Assembly (NCBI GenBank): GCA_947306055.1
Contig: CAMZFK010000001.1
Coordinates: 10,276-74,275 of the forward strand
From: an uncultured Candidatus Saccharibacteria bacterium
GTDB lineage: Bacteria; Patescibacteriota; Saccharimonadia; Saccharimonadales; Saccharimonadaceae
Reading direction: 5' to 3'
Length of the DNA stretch: 64,000 bases
Each line of letters begins with the position of its first letter. Position 1 is the first letter of the stretch. A program made the position numbers and the translations under genes. The notes beneath the pieces were generated by a model. That model ran no database searches. It was given only the letters and a program-made list of their open reading frames with translations, and was not told the origin of the DNA. Shown piece by piece: positions 1 to 10,109 of this stretch.

Positions 1-804
1 AGCTTCTACGTGCTTTGGGGACTCTTTAGGCTTTATCTCTTCTTGGCGCTTCAAATTCTCCGGGCGTCTTAAAGCATGCCCTGGGCTCTGGATTATCCGC
101 TTCGGTTGCGGTTTCTCGTCTAATTTATAAATACCATTATTTCTCTGGTCATCCACAATCTTACCATCTTTTAGCGTTACTACTCTCTTCTGCAAAGTAT
201 TCACAATGTTTTCGTTGTGCGTAGTCACAAGGAGCGTAGTCCCAAAATCATTAATTTTTTTAAGTAACCCTATAATTTCCTCAGTCGTTAATTTATCCAA
301 ATTCGCCGTAGGCTCATCTGCAATCAAAATCTTCGGTTGTCTAGCAACCGAACGCGCAATCGATACGCGTTGCTTTTGCCCGCCAGATAATTGCGCCGGG
401 AACTTCTTTGCTTGATCAAGCAGATCCACCAACTCCAATACCTTCGGTACAGTAGCCGAAATCTCTTTTCCGCTCATACCTGCAATCTCTAGAGCAAAAG
501 CGACATTCTCATAAACTGTCCTTCTAGGCAAAAGCTTGAAATCCTGAAAAACCACGCCTAGTCTTCGGCGATAGCTTGGGATGTGGCGTTTTTTGACATA
601 ATCAAGATCAATCCCACCAATAATAATTTTGCCAGCATCTGGAGTCTCCTCCTTCGTAATCATTTTTATTAAAGTAGATTTACCAGCCCCAGATTTCCCC
701 ACCAAAAAGACAAATTCATTCGGTTTAATATGTAACGAAACATTATCCAATGCAGGCTTATTGTCGCCAGGATATCTTTTCGTAACACTATCAAATAGAA
801 TCAT
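1..804 (-). CDS. ftsE: Cell division ATP-binding protein FtsE (3' end runs off the window)
   Basis: Manual translation from ATG at 804: MILFDSVTKRYPGDNKPAL, Walker A GKSGAGKST, GVVFQDFKLL, LSGGQKQRVSIAR, ADEPTANLD. The frame stays open to base 1. Absent from the ORF track. Confidence 0.9.
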   Translation of the reverse strand, partial: MILFDSVTKRYPGDNKPALDNVSLHIKPNEFVFLVGKSGAGKSTLIKMITKEETPDAGKIIIGGIDLDYVKKRHIPSYRRRLGVVFQDFKLLPRRTVYENVAFALEIAGMSGKEISATVPKVLELVDLLDQAKKFPAQLSGGQKQRVSIARSVARQPKILIADEPTANLDKLTTEEIIGLLKKINDFGTTLLVTTHNENIVNTLQKRVVTLKDGKIVDDQRNNGIYKLDEKPQPKRIIQSPGHALRRPENLKRQEEIKPKESPKHVEA

Positions 805-843
805 ACTATATATTATAGCATAAGTTCTAAAAAATCACTTACT

Positions 844-3171
844 CTAATGAAATTCTAGGTGCAAAGTAATATTCTTTGTAGAAGAATTTTCTGCCTGATA
901 GATTGAGACCGGAGTAATTACTGCATCTGGGTATTTGACAGCCACCTCCTCATAGACCTTCGCATATGGCTCAGAAGTTGTAATCGTGACATCTTGTTTG
1001 TCTTTTACCTCGAAGTTATTCTTTATTTTTTTGTCCGTCTTTAAGGCCAACACCATTTCCACATCCAGCTCAAAACCAGCCAAAAGCTCTGCTAGTTTGA
1101 AATTCCTTCGCACGGAATTCTTAAATTCACCAACTACACCGACCAATTTGTCTTCAGCCCAAATCTCGGCAGCTCGTTTCGGCTCATAAGGTTTAGCCTC
1201 CGCAATATCACTTTTTAGCGGCAAGAATCTCGCAACAATGTTGTATTCTTTCAGCAATTTTTCAACGAAAAACTTAGCTTTATAATACGCTACGCCTTCG
1301 CCTTTTCTCTCCGCCAATACAAAACCAAGGTGCATTTTTTCGACTGGGACATTTTCATTGTCCATGCCCCACTCCTTTTGATAAACTTTGTTTATTTCAA
1401 ATAAAGCAAACTTATCAAATGGGATCTTTTGATTTACATAAGCCTTATCAAGCAAACTCGGGACTATTGACTGCCTAATATATTGAAGTTCTGGGCTGAT
1501 TGAATTAACTATTTTATAAGAATTATTGACATCAAGTCCGGCCTTCTCAAGTAATTTGCCGCTCACAAAGCTATAAGTCAAAAGCTCATTGGCACCAAAT
1601 TTTGAAAGATTTTTTCTTAAGGTATTCTTCAAGACGAGCATCTGATTGACGCCTACTGTCTGGTGTTTTGGCAAGACCGGGATAATATTATCATAACCAT
1701 TCAAGCGTCCTACCTCCTCGATAATATCTTCTTTTATGTGAATATCTGTCCGCCAAGCTGGTGAAGTAACTTTGAAATTGCCATTCTTAACTTCCACTTT
1801 GAAATTTACATTTTCTAACGTCTTCTTTATCATAGAATCAGAATAATTCGTTCCAAGCAGACTATTTATCTCATCACCAGAAAGCACAACGGTCACTTCT
1901 TTTGAGGGATTTTTATAGTTATCCCAAGCGTCAATCACTTTAAACCCGCTCGAAAGCATCTCGGCACAATCCTCTGCGACATCGAGAGTCTGATAAGCAG
2001 GCTGGCCTTTGGTAAATCTCGTAATTGCCTCCGAGAAAATTCCATGCTCCATCTGTGTCTTGCGTAAATTATAAAGACTGAACGTCGCAGACTCGATAAT
2101 AATCTTTCTCGTATTTTCGTCTACCTCGGTACTTTTCCCGCCCATCGCACCAGCAAGCGCCACTGGCACATCGCCGCTACAGATCACAATATCATTTTCG
2201 TTTAAATCGACTTCCCTATCATCGAGAAGCATCAATTTTTCGCCTTTTTTAGCTAGGCGAACATTTATTTCAAGGTCGCTGCTGCCAGATACTGCAACAA
2301 ATTTATCATAATCAAAAGCGTGCAGAGGTTGCCCAGTCAAAAGCATCAAATAATTCGTGATATCTACAATAGGCTCAACCGGACGCATTCCAGATTTTGC
2401 CAAAATCGTATCTATAAATGTAAGATATTTCTTCTTAAATTCACCGTGTTTTTCCATTAATATCGCGGAATATCTGTCACAAATTCCATCATCAAGAATC
2501 TTAATGACCGATTTTGTAGCTACATTAGAAAGCGCCTTATTTGCTGAAGCATATTTTTTGCCCTGCTTAAAACTTTCATTATCATAAGCAATACCCAATA
2601 TACCGGCAACCTCTCTAGCAAAACCAATCATCCCAAAACAATCAGGCCTGTGCGTCAAAGATTTATTTTCAATTTCGAGAATCAAATCGTTCAATTCAAA
2701 AACATTAGCCAATAGATCGCCGGGCTTTGCCATATTAGGGTCAATCTCCACAATCCCAGAATGGTCATCGCCAAAATCTAGCTCATCAGCACCAGCAAGC
2801 ATCCCATTAGAATCATACTTGCCAAGCATTTTACGCTTACCGATCACAAATGGCGCATCTTCATTTACCGAAGCTGGGACAATTGCCCCTGGAGCGATCC
2901 ACGCGGCAAGCATCCCTTCCCTTACATTTGGAGCGCCACAAACCACCTGGACTAGCTCATCAGCACCGCAATCTATTTGACAAAGTGTCAAATGTGTGTC
3001 AGGTATTTTCTCCGCCTTCACTACGCGCACCACATAAATCTTGTCATACTTGTGCGTCTCGTCAATTACACCCTCTACTTCCACCAAGCGCGCACCAATC
3101 AAACGGACTAGTTCATCATCTGGGATTTTTATATCAACAAACTTTTTCAACCAATTCAATGAAATTTTCAT
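844..3171 (-). CDS. pheT: Phenylalanine--tRNA ligase beta subunit
   Basis: MKISLNWL start, VCGAPNV, HRPDC, GQPLHAFD, DIIEEVGRLNGY; adjacent to pheS. Confidence 0.97.
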   Translation of the reverse strand: MKISLNWLKKFVDIKIPDDELVRLIGARLVEVEGVIDETHKYDKIYVVRVVKAEKIPDTHLTLCQIDCGADELVQVVCGAPNVREGMLAAWIAPGAIVPASVNEDAPFVIGKRKMLGKYDSNGMLAGADELDFGDDHSGIVEIDPNMAKPGDLLANVFELNDLILEIENKSLTHRPDCFGMIGFAREVAGILGIAYDNESFKQGKKYASANKALSNVATKSVIKILDDGICDRYSAILMEKHGEFKKKYLTFIDTILAKSGMRPVEPIVDITNYLMLLTGQPLHAFDYDKFVAVSGSSDLEINVRLAKKGEKLMLLDDREVDLNENDIVICSGDVPVALAGAMGGKSTEVDENTRKIIIESATFSLYNLRKTQMEHGIFSEAITRFTKGQPAYQTLDVAEDCAEMLSSGFKVIDAWDNYKNPSKEVTVVLSGDEINSLLGTNYSDSMIKKTLENVNFKVEVKNGNFKVTSPAWRTDIHIKEDIIEEVGRLNGYDNIIPVLPKHQTVGVNQMLVLKNTLRKNLSKFGANELLTYSFVSGKLLEKAGLDVNNSYKIVNSISPELQYIRQSIVPSLLDKAYVNQKIPFDKFALFEINKVYQKEWGMDNENVPVEKMHLGFVLAERKGEGVAYYKAKFFVEKLLKEYNIVARFLPLKSDIAEAKPYEPKRAAEIWAEDKLVGVVGEFKNSVRRNFKLAELLAGFELDVEMVLALKTDKKIKNNFEVKDKQDVTITTSEPYAKVYEEVAVKYPDAVITPVSIYQAENSSTKNITLHLEFH

Positions 3172-4128
3172 CTAAAACTCCTTTAAAAAGTTAAGGTTAC
3201 CAGACTCAAAGTTTCTCACATCCATCAACCCATAACGAAGCATCACTAGACGGTCAATTCCACCCCCCCAGGCAAAGCCATGATAAACTTCCGGATCAAT
3301 CCCAGCCATTTTAAGTACATTCGGGTGTATCATTCCACAACCAAGCATTTCAAGAAAGTCACCTTTCTTCCCGCCGAGAGATTTTGGCTTCTCAATTAAG
3401 AATTCCAGGCTCGGCTCCGTAAATGGGAAATACCCTGGCTGCGTACGTATATTTAAATTTTGCCCATAATAGGTCTCGAAAAATTCTCGTAAAATCCCGA
3501 GCATATTCCCCATCGTGCAATCCTTTGACACATAGACGCCCTCACATTGATAAAAAGTATGCTCATGCGTCGCATCCACATCCTCATTTCTATACACCCT
3601 GCCCGGCACCACTACAGCAATATCTTCCCCCTGCAATAGTTTATTCCTATACATTTTAAGCACCCTATTTTGCATGGTAGAAGTGTGCGCAGGCGGAATA
3701 AATCCTTCCTCAGTCCTAAAAGTATCATACCCATCACGTGCAGGATGTTCTTTTGCGAAGTTCAGACTATCAAACATATGATATTCATCATCGAGTTGGC
3801 GAGACTCCACTACATCAAAACCCATCGCTCGGTAAATCTCCGAAACCCTATTTAACTCGCTAGTCAGCGGATGCAAAGAGCCATCAAAAACAGAATACAC
3901 ATCTGGCATTTTTTCATTTACGCCACATGGAGCAGTGATATCAATAGCCTCCACCTCAGTATCCATAAGGACCTCTTCGACCTTAGAAATTTTATCCAAA
4001 ATTGCCATCTTTTTGGCGTTTAACTCACGACCAAATTCACCACGCTTTTCCGCTGGGACATCTTTAATTTTTGCGTATTCGGCGTTTAAATCTTTAAGCT
4101 CTTTTTTTAATTTTTCCAACTCTTCCAT
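3172..4128 (-). CDS. pheS: Phenylalanine--tRNA ligase alpha subunit
   Basis: HPARD, PGRVYRNE, YFPFTEPS, GCGMIHPNVL, GFAWGGGIDRL; start placed at the ATG just downstream of TGGTATAAT. Confidence 0.97.
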   Translation of the reverse strand: MEELEKLKKELKDLNAEYAKIKDVPAEKRGEFGRELNAKKMAILDKISKVEEVLMDTEVEAIDITAPCGVNEKMPDVYSVFDGSLHPLTSELNRVSEIYRAMGFDVVESRQLDDEYHMFDSLNFAKEHPARDGYDTFRTEEGFIPPAHTSTMQNRVLKMYRNKLLQGEDIAVVVPGRVYRNEDVDATHEHTFYQCEGVYVSKDCTMGNMLGILREFFETYYGQNLNIRTQPGYFPFTEPSLEFLIEKPKSLGGKKGDFLEMLGCGMIHPNVLKMAGIDPEVYHGFAWGGGIDRLVMLRYGLMDVRNFESGNLNFLKEF

Positions 4129-4138
4129 ATTAGATATA

Positions 4139-7100
4139 TTATACCACAATTGTCTGTTTATTACGCACATCCGCATACACTATTGTATTTGGCAAAATAT
4201 AATACGTCTCGGCCACTACATTGTCATTGTCGAAAATCTTTTTCTCTGGCAAATCAATATTGTCTTCACCAAACGCATACCTTTCAGACGCATCATATTC
4301 AGCAATATAATTACCGTATTCTATGATGTCGAGCAAGGCAATTACGTTATCTTTAGTAAGACCAGAGTATCTTGCCAAAATCCCTTCATAGGAATTATCT
4401 ACTGGATTTTGCTCATAATAGTCATTAAGAAATGCTGTTACCGCAGATTCCTCGATAATACCCATAGATTCCATTAATGATTGATCTTCTATGAAACGTT
4501 GGTAATATTTATTTACTTCCCAATCATGTGATACATCATCTTGATGTACCATAATCGGCGGATGCGCTTTTTCGGTTACTTTACCCTTTTCATCATGCTT
4601 AGCCGCGACAGCATCGTCAAGCGTAACACTTATTGGTTGATCTGCTGTATAACCGGCCACACACGACTGTCCACTGATATACCCAGCATTCGCAAGTTGT
4701 TGCGAATTACTAACCACATCAATAAGATCACCTACAATCGGAATAGCTCCAATCGCAGCATTAGCAACGTTATTAAAAGTAGAACTGTTAGTGTTTACTT
4801 GGCCCCAACTACCAACCTGATTTGCGATATTTTGGTCCGCAATACCAAATGGCGATTCCCTATTATTACAATATAATATATATTTAGCCAGCTCAGAGCT
4901 TGCATCAATTTTTACATTACCGGTGCTGGCAAAGCTTAATTCATCAGATGTGTGCCTAACCCTTATGTTGTCTTCTCTTTTATCGGTCTCATCACCATTA
5001 GCATAATAAGTTTCCATTTCGCCCTCATGGATAAAATTATCTTTGATTTTTTCTATTACTTCAGACGGATCCATATCGATGGTAGACATATCGGTGATTA
5101 CGTACGGATTACAAAAAGCATCGCCTACAGCCCCTAGTGAGGCCAGATACGGACAAGTTTCTTCATATTCTTTAGCACTAGGTAAATTTTTAACTATATC
5201 ATATGCTGAAGATGTCGGCGATAGTGAAGATATCGCCGACGACAGCACTGAGCCAGCAGACATTATTGCTCCGATAATGGAGCTAGAAGTATATATACCC
5301 ATTAATTTATTCGCGATTGCCCCCATGAAGGTATATTTAGACGTCATGTCAAACGGACTCCGCGTCGCTCTCTCATATCTAGCATTCTCGGCGATTACCT
5401 GTTGCCTCGCTAGCGCAAACTCCAAATACTTACCACTAGACGCCAACGATCCGCCATTTCCTCGATGTACCTTTCCCTGATACATATTCGCACCCGAAGT
5501 TAGAGCATTGCCAAGATCTTCACCTCCTAAATTCGCTATTAAATTTCTGGTCAACATAGAAGTTACAACTGGAGTAATTATCCCTATCAACGCACCTAAA
5601 GTAATACTAACCGTAATTCCACCAATCGCCTTTAGTGCCAAATCGCCGACCAATATTTCCGCAATATTCCACACTATACCAAATGGAGTCATATTTAAAG
5701 CTAGTCGTCCAATATCAGCTATAGCCTTAGCCTTCGTCGCAATATCCACACCGATACTGGCAGCATTTGTGACCACCTTTGCAAACGCACACCCCTCAAA
5801 AGCCGTCACGCCGACACCTATGCCAGCTGCAAATCTAGTCAGGCTTGAAGTGATATTAAAGCTCTTTACACTTGGATCATTCGGGTTTACGGGATTGCCA
5901 CTATACGTAGATATTATCCCACTCGACTCCATAGCCGACTTACTCGTACTAGAAGACTCAACGTTTTTGCCAGATGCATCAACCGTAGCATATGTGCTAG
6001 TCTTTCTCACATTCAAGCCATCCGTCAAAGTGTTTATCGGCGAATCGGCACCATCACCAGCCTTCACCTTATCTATTGCCTCAAAATACGACGTCACCAA
6101 ACTAATAATCTGCGCAGCCTCACTAGCAGCCACAAGCATACTTACGCTCCCCATAAAATTAAAAACTAGACATCCTGCATTCGCAATTTTTTGGCCAATC
6201 CCAACTATACCACCAGCACCATCTTCTTGCCCACTTGCATAATTGCTTTTAATAGCCTCTAATTTTTGCTTAACTTCCGCGGCACTCATCACGACTTTAC
6301 TTTTTCCAGACCCACCACCAGCAGTAGTCATCCCGTCAAATCTTTTTACCTCGTCAATCACGTTGCCATTCTCGTCTTTCACCGGCTCTACCTCTTGTTT
6401 TCCAGAAGAAACCCTACCACCACCATCATCTAGCTCCGTTCTTCCAGCTTCCATCAGTTCCACAGCCGTACCACGAATGTCCCCATCGTTATCGGCAACC
6501 TGTTCCTTAAAATGTACAAAAAGATTACGACTAATCCTATTCATCCCTAAAAATTTATCTGTTAAAGAGCCAAACCAATTAGATATCGCCCCTCGCCACG
6601 TCGTCGAACCACTATCATATTTAAGTCCAAAAAGAGGGTCGTCCGTATACATTTTCGCGAAAGTTTCCGCCGTTGCGTTATATCTTATTCCATCACTAGA
6701 AAATCTACTAGACAAGTCCATCTCATTCAATTTCGCAACCGTCCTCTTGTCAGCTGCAATAATTTTAATCTCACCAGAGCCATCATTGTATTTCAAAACC
6801 CTAGTTCCAGTCCCCTCAAAATCATCATCATATTCTATCCCCCTTGGAGCTAATTTTTGCGCCTGCCTCTTGGAAATCTTAAAAGTATCTGCCCTAAAAA
6901 GCCTCGATTTGATCGGGTTTTTTACCAATTCGGGGTCCAACTGATATCTAAGCATACTATTCGCACGAGTTCTAGTCGAAATTTGCATCGAATTAAATGA
7001 CTCTCTGAATTGTTCAACCAGACTAAAAGGTTGCATAAGCTGCCCGCCCGCCATAATGCCGCCAGCCCCGCAGACAAGCATCAAAATAAAAGCTACTGGT

Positions 7101-7327
7101 CCTTTTCTCTTAAAAAATCCCCCTCCTCGCACGCGTGCTTTATTGGTTTCTTTATTTTTTGTATATTTAAATTCAGACCCAGAATAATATCCGCCCGCAT
7201 TTTCTTCGGCCTCGCGCGCAGCTCCAAGCGAGTCATCCACCTTCTCTTTTTTTTCTGGTGATTTCTCGCCTACAATCTGCTCAGCCGATTTCAATCTAGC
7301 CGCCGCAAATTTATTCCTTTTATCCAT
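4139..7327 (-). CDS. Large (1062 aa) hypothetical membrane-associated protein
   Basis: Long ORF with a TM segment near residue 80, a central Gly/Ala-rich hydrophobic region and several Cys; no catalytic motif recognised. Confidence 0.85.
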   Translation of the reverse strand: MDKRNKFAAARLKSAEQIVGEKSPEKKEKVDDSLGAAREAEENAGGYYSGSEFKYTKNKETNKARVRGGGFFKRKGPVAFILMLVCGAGGIMAGGQLMQPFSLVEQFRESFNSMQISTRTRANSMLRYQLDPELVKNPIKSRLFRADTFKISKRQAQKLAPRGIEYDDDFEGTGTRVLKYNDGSGEIKIIAADKRTVAKLNEMDLSSRFSSDGIRYNATAETFAKMYTDDPLFGLKYDSGSTTWRGAISNWFGSLTDKFLGMNRISRNLFVHFKEQVADNDGDIRGTAVELMEAGRTELDDGGGRVSSGKQEVEPVKDENGNVIDEVKRFDGMTTAGGGSGKSKVVMSAAEVKQKLEAIKSNYASGQEDGAGGIVGIGQKIANAGCLVFNFMGSVSMLVAASEAAQIISLVTSYFEAIDKVKAGDGADSPINTLTDGLNVRKTSTYATVDASGKNVESSSTSKSAMESSGIISTYSGNPVNPNDPSVKSFNITSSLTRFAAGIGVGVTAFEGCAFAKVVTNAASIGVDIATKAKAIADIGRLALNMTPFGIVWNIAEILVGDLALKAIGGITVSITLGALIGIITPVVTSMLTRNLIANLGGEDLGNALTSGANMYQGKVHRGNGGSLASSGKYLEFALARQQVIAENARYERATRSPFDMTSKYTFMGAIANKLMGIYTSSSIIGAIMSAGSVLSSAISSLSPTSSAYDIVKNLPSAKEYEETCPYLASLGAVGDAFCNPYVITDMSTIDMDPSEVIEKIKDNFIHEGEMETYYANGDETDKREDNIRVRHTSDELSFASTGNVKIDASSELAKYILYCNNRESPFGIADQNIANQVGSWGQVNTNSSTFNNVANAAIGAIPIVGDLIDVVSNSQQLANAGYISGQSCVAGYTADQPISVTLDDAVAAKHDEKGKVTEKAHPPIMVHQDDVSHDWEVNKYYQRFIEDQSLMESMGIIEESAVTAFLNDYYEQNPVDNSYEGILARYSGLTKDNVIALLDIIEYGNYIAEYDASERYAFGEDNIDLPEKKIFDNDNVVAETYYILPNTIVYADVRNKQTIVV

Positions 7328-7368
7328 ACTATATATTATATACTACTTATGTCAAAAAATAAACAGCA

Positions 7369-7602
7369 TCAAAGTGGCAATGCAATTAAAATTGCTACTA
7401 TAATTATCGCAAAAATCAAAACCCCAAAGACTAGCCCTAATTTGCTAGATTCCTTCAAATCTTTTCCATATTCTGTGTTCTTAGAAAAATCCACATCCTC
7501 ATCTTCCTTCGAACTAGTGCTCATTTTAGTCCTCAATTCAGACCTAATTCTTTCAGTTAATTTATCTGTTTCATTATTTTCTTTATTTAAAATCATTGCC
7601 AT
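7369..7602 (-). CDS. Small protein with C-terminal TM helix (77 aa)
   Basis: Charged N-terminus then LGLVFGVLIFAIIIVAILIALPL; TGCTATAAT 7 nt upstream of ATG. Confidence 0.75.
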   Translation of the reverse strand: MAMILNKENNETDKLTERIRSELRTKMSTSSKEDEDVDFSKNTEYGKDLKESSKLGLVFGVLIFAIIIVAILIALPL

Positions 7603-7662
7603 TTTTTCATTATAGCATGTTATTTATGCTATAATACTATTAATATTATTAAAGGAGGAATA

Positions 7663-8592
7663 ATGGCAACGAAAAAGCCTACAGCGTCAAAGACCTCAAA
7701 GGCCAAAACGACGAAATCCAAAACTGCCGCGAAGACTGTCGACAAACCAGTGTCCGAGGCCCTCAAAACTAACACGGTGGAGAAAGCAGAGACCGCCAAA
7801 AATACTGCTGGCAAATCCTGCCTCAGCGGCTTCTTTGCAAAAAAATACGACGAGAAAGAAAGCGTCTTAACCGTATTTAAGAGTCATCGTTTCTACGGTG
7901 CATTGCTCGGCGAAGTACTCGGTACGGCACTTGTTACAATGCTTCTATTCGTACTTTCATTCTTGAGCGTACAATATGTTGTAATTTTTGCAGTCGCATT
8001 AATTGCAGTATATATTGCAGTCTACGCCTTTTCTGGCGCCTGCCTCAACCCTATCGTGACTGCCGGCATGATGGCTTCTCGCCGCATGTCAGTTATCCGT
8101 GGTGTTATGTATATTATCGCTGAAGTTATCGGCGCATGGCTCGGTTGGTTGATTTTCAACGCATTCCACTTAGCTGGTGGCGACTCTGCTTACGATGTCC
8201 CAACACTTGTTGCTATTGCTGATGGCAAGTTCTGGTTCACAGCAATGGTTGAGCTATTTGGTGCAATTGTTATTGCGTTTTTCTTCGCTCGCGCCATCAA
8301 ATACAAACGCAGCGTATTCACATTCGCCGTCACTACCACTAGCGGTATCGTTATGGCCTTAGTCCTTGGTTTCATCGTTTCAGGTGCTTTCCTTGGTCTT
8401 AACAATAATTACATCATGAACCCAGCAGCTGCTTTGATGTATCAAATTTTCCCAACCGCAGGCGAAAGCTTCGGTGAGATTATCGGTGGCGTCGGTCAAG
8501 CTCTTGCTGTCTACGCACTATTCCCAATGATCGGTGGCGTATGTGGTTTCTATTTGTCAGACTTAGCTTCTAAGCTCTCAGACGAAGAATAA
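7663..8592 (+). CDS. MIP/aquaporin family channel with Lys/Thr/Ala-rich N-terminal extension
   Basis: GEVLGT, SGACLNPIVT, ELFG, MNPAAA; about six TM helices; AAGGAGG RBS. Confidence 0.88.
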   Translation: MATKKPTASKTSKAKTTKSKTAAKTVDKPVSEALKTNTVEKAETAKNTAGKSCLSGFFAKKYDEKESVLTVFKSHRFYGALLGEVLGTALVTMLLFVLSFLSVQYVVIFAVALIAVYIAVYAFSGACLNPIVTAGMMASRRMSVIRGVMYIIAEVIGAWLGWLIFNAFHLAGGDSAYDVPTLVAIADGKFWFTAMVELFGAIVIAFFFARAIKYKRSVFTFAVTTTSGIVMALVLGFIVSGAFLGLNNNYIMNPAAALMYQIFPTAGESFGEIIGGVGQALAVYALFPMIGGVCGFYLSDLASKLSDEE

Positions 8593-8603
8593 AGATATCA
8601 CTA

Positions 8604-8638
8604 TAAAAAATAACCCCTGTTACGGGGGTTATTTTTTT
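8604..8638. terminator. Bidirectional intrinsic terminator between the aquaporin gene and metG
   Basis: AAAAAATAACCCC...GGGGTTATTTTTT inverted repeat flanked by A and T runs. Confidence 0.85.
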
Positions 8639-8645
8639 GCAATAC

Positions 8646-10055
8646 TTAACCCTTAGGGAATAATGGCACTTCTGGCGGCATAATCTCGCCACTAAAAATT
8701 TCAGAAATTTTCTTCGTAGTCTCAGGCAAAAATGGCTTTAGCATTTCGTTTACATTTAGTACCCCCAATATCAGCCCTTTCATACACTCTTCCAATTTGG
8801 AGACTTCGCCGTTTTTAGCTAAGCTCCATGGTTTCTCTTCATCAATTCTGCGATTCAAATTTTGCACTTCTTCCCACACGGAATCAAAAGCTTTTGAAAA
8901 TTCAAAATCGTCCATCAATCTACGATATCCGTCCATTAATTGCAAATCTGGTTCTTCAATTTTAATCTGATTTTTATGCGCCAAGGTCGCAAGCCTTTGT
9001 ACCAAATTGCCTAAATCATTCGCAAGCTCATTATTATAAGCATCATCGAATTTTTCATACGTAAAGTCCGAATCAGCAAATGTATCAATATGACGAATGA
9101 AAAAATACCTAAAAGCATCTGTGCCATACCTATTTAATACTTCTACTGGATCAATTACATTCCCAATCGATTTAGACATTTTTTGCCCGTTCGACAAAAC
9201 CATTCCGTGCGATACCAAAACTTTAGGTAGCGGCAAATTAAGCCCGAGCAAAATAGCCGGCCACAAAATCGCATGAAACCTCAAAATATCTTTACCTACA
9301 AATTGAGCCGCCGCTGGCCACCAATCCGAAATATCCTCTTCTGGGTAACCTAACACCGTAATGTAATTTGAAAGCGCATCCATCCATACATACATCACCT
9401 GCGACTCGTCCCCAGGTACCGGTACACCCCAAGTCAGCTGTGATTTCGGACGCGAAATTGAAACATCTGGCGTGTCCTCAAGTAATTTTAAAATTTCCTT
9501 TTTCCTAAATTCTGGCAAAATCACCATTTCATTTGACGAAATCGCCTCACGAATCTGATCTTTAAAATCAGCTACCCTAAAATAGTAATTTTCTTCTTCT
9601 AGTCGTTCATACGGCTTCTGATGGTCTGGACAAACCCCATTATTCTCTTCGTGCTCTTTATTCGTCACAAATCTTTCACAACCAGTACAGTACCAACCTT
9701 CGTACTTTTCACGATAAATATGGTCTAGTAGCTCCGTCCAAATCTTCTGACAACGCCTTTCATGATCCTCATCAGTCGTTCGTACGAAATCAGTATATTC
9801 CACACCAAGTTTATGAATAAAATCCTGAAACTTTAATGAATTTTTTGTTACATATTCTTCTACTGGAATATTTAATTCCCTAGCTTTTTGAAAAATCTTA
9901 TTTCCGTGCTCGTCTGTACCCGCTTGAAACCGCACATCATTACCAATCAATCTTTGGTATCTCGCGTATACATCAGCCAAACAATAATCCATCGCGTGCC
10001 CAATATGCGGCGCGCCATTAACATACGGAATAGCGGTAGTTAAATACTTTTTCAT
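8646..10055 (-). CDS. metG: Methionine--tRNA ligase (short form)
   Basis: PHIGH, GTDEHG, CxxC...CxxH knuckle, GKDILRFH, KMSKS. Confidence 0.97.
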   Translation of the reverse strand: MKKYLTTAIPYVNGAPHIGHAMDYCLADVYARYQRLIGNDVRFQAGTDEHGNKIFQKARELNIPVEEYVTKNSLKFQDFIHKLGVEYTDFVRTTDEDHERRCQKIWTELLDHIYREKYEGWYCTGCERFVTNKEHEENNGVCPDHQKPYERLEEENYYFRVADFKDQIREAISSNEMVILPEFRKKEILKLLEDTPDVSISRPKSQLTWGVPVPGDESQVMYVWMDALSNYITVLGYPEEDISDWWPAAAQFVGKDILRFHAILWPAILLGLNLPLPKVLVSHGMVLSNGQKMSKSIGNVIDPVEVLNRYGTDAFRYFFIRHIDTFADSDFTYEKFDDAYNNELANDLGNLVQRLATLAHKNQIKIEEPDLQLMDGYRRLMDDFEFSKAFDSVWEEVQNLNRRIDEEKPWSLAKNGEVSKLEECMKGLILGVLNVNEMLKPFLPETTKKISEIFSGEIMPPEVPLFPKG

Positions 10056-10109
10056 AAATTTATTTTACAACTTTTTGACCAACAATGCAAGTCAGCCAAG
10101 CTATATATT

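Noticed and set aside
3263..3269. C7 homopolymer in pheS as a phase-variation tract
   Set aside because: Encodes the conserved WGGG region of an essential gene
4129..4176. Extended N-termini in the ORF track (pheS; likewise FKBP, rpsE, rpsN, rpoC, rpoB, prfB, SufC-like, secA, yabE-like, DsbA-like, Erm-like)
   Set aside because: Extensions run through promoters or upstream genes; downstream ATGs fit homology and signals better
4541..7261. Several long plus-strand ORFs (up to 244 aa) opposite the 1062-aa gene
   Set aside because: Antisense shadows with no RBS, promoter or recognisable motifs
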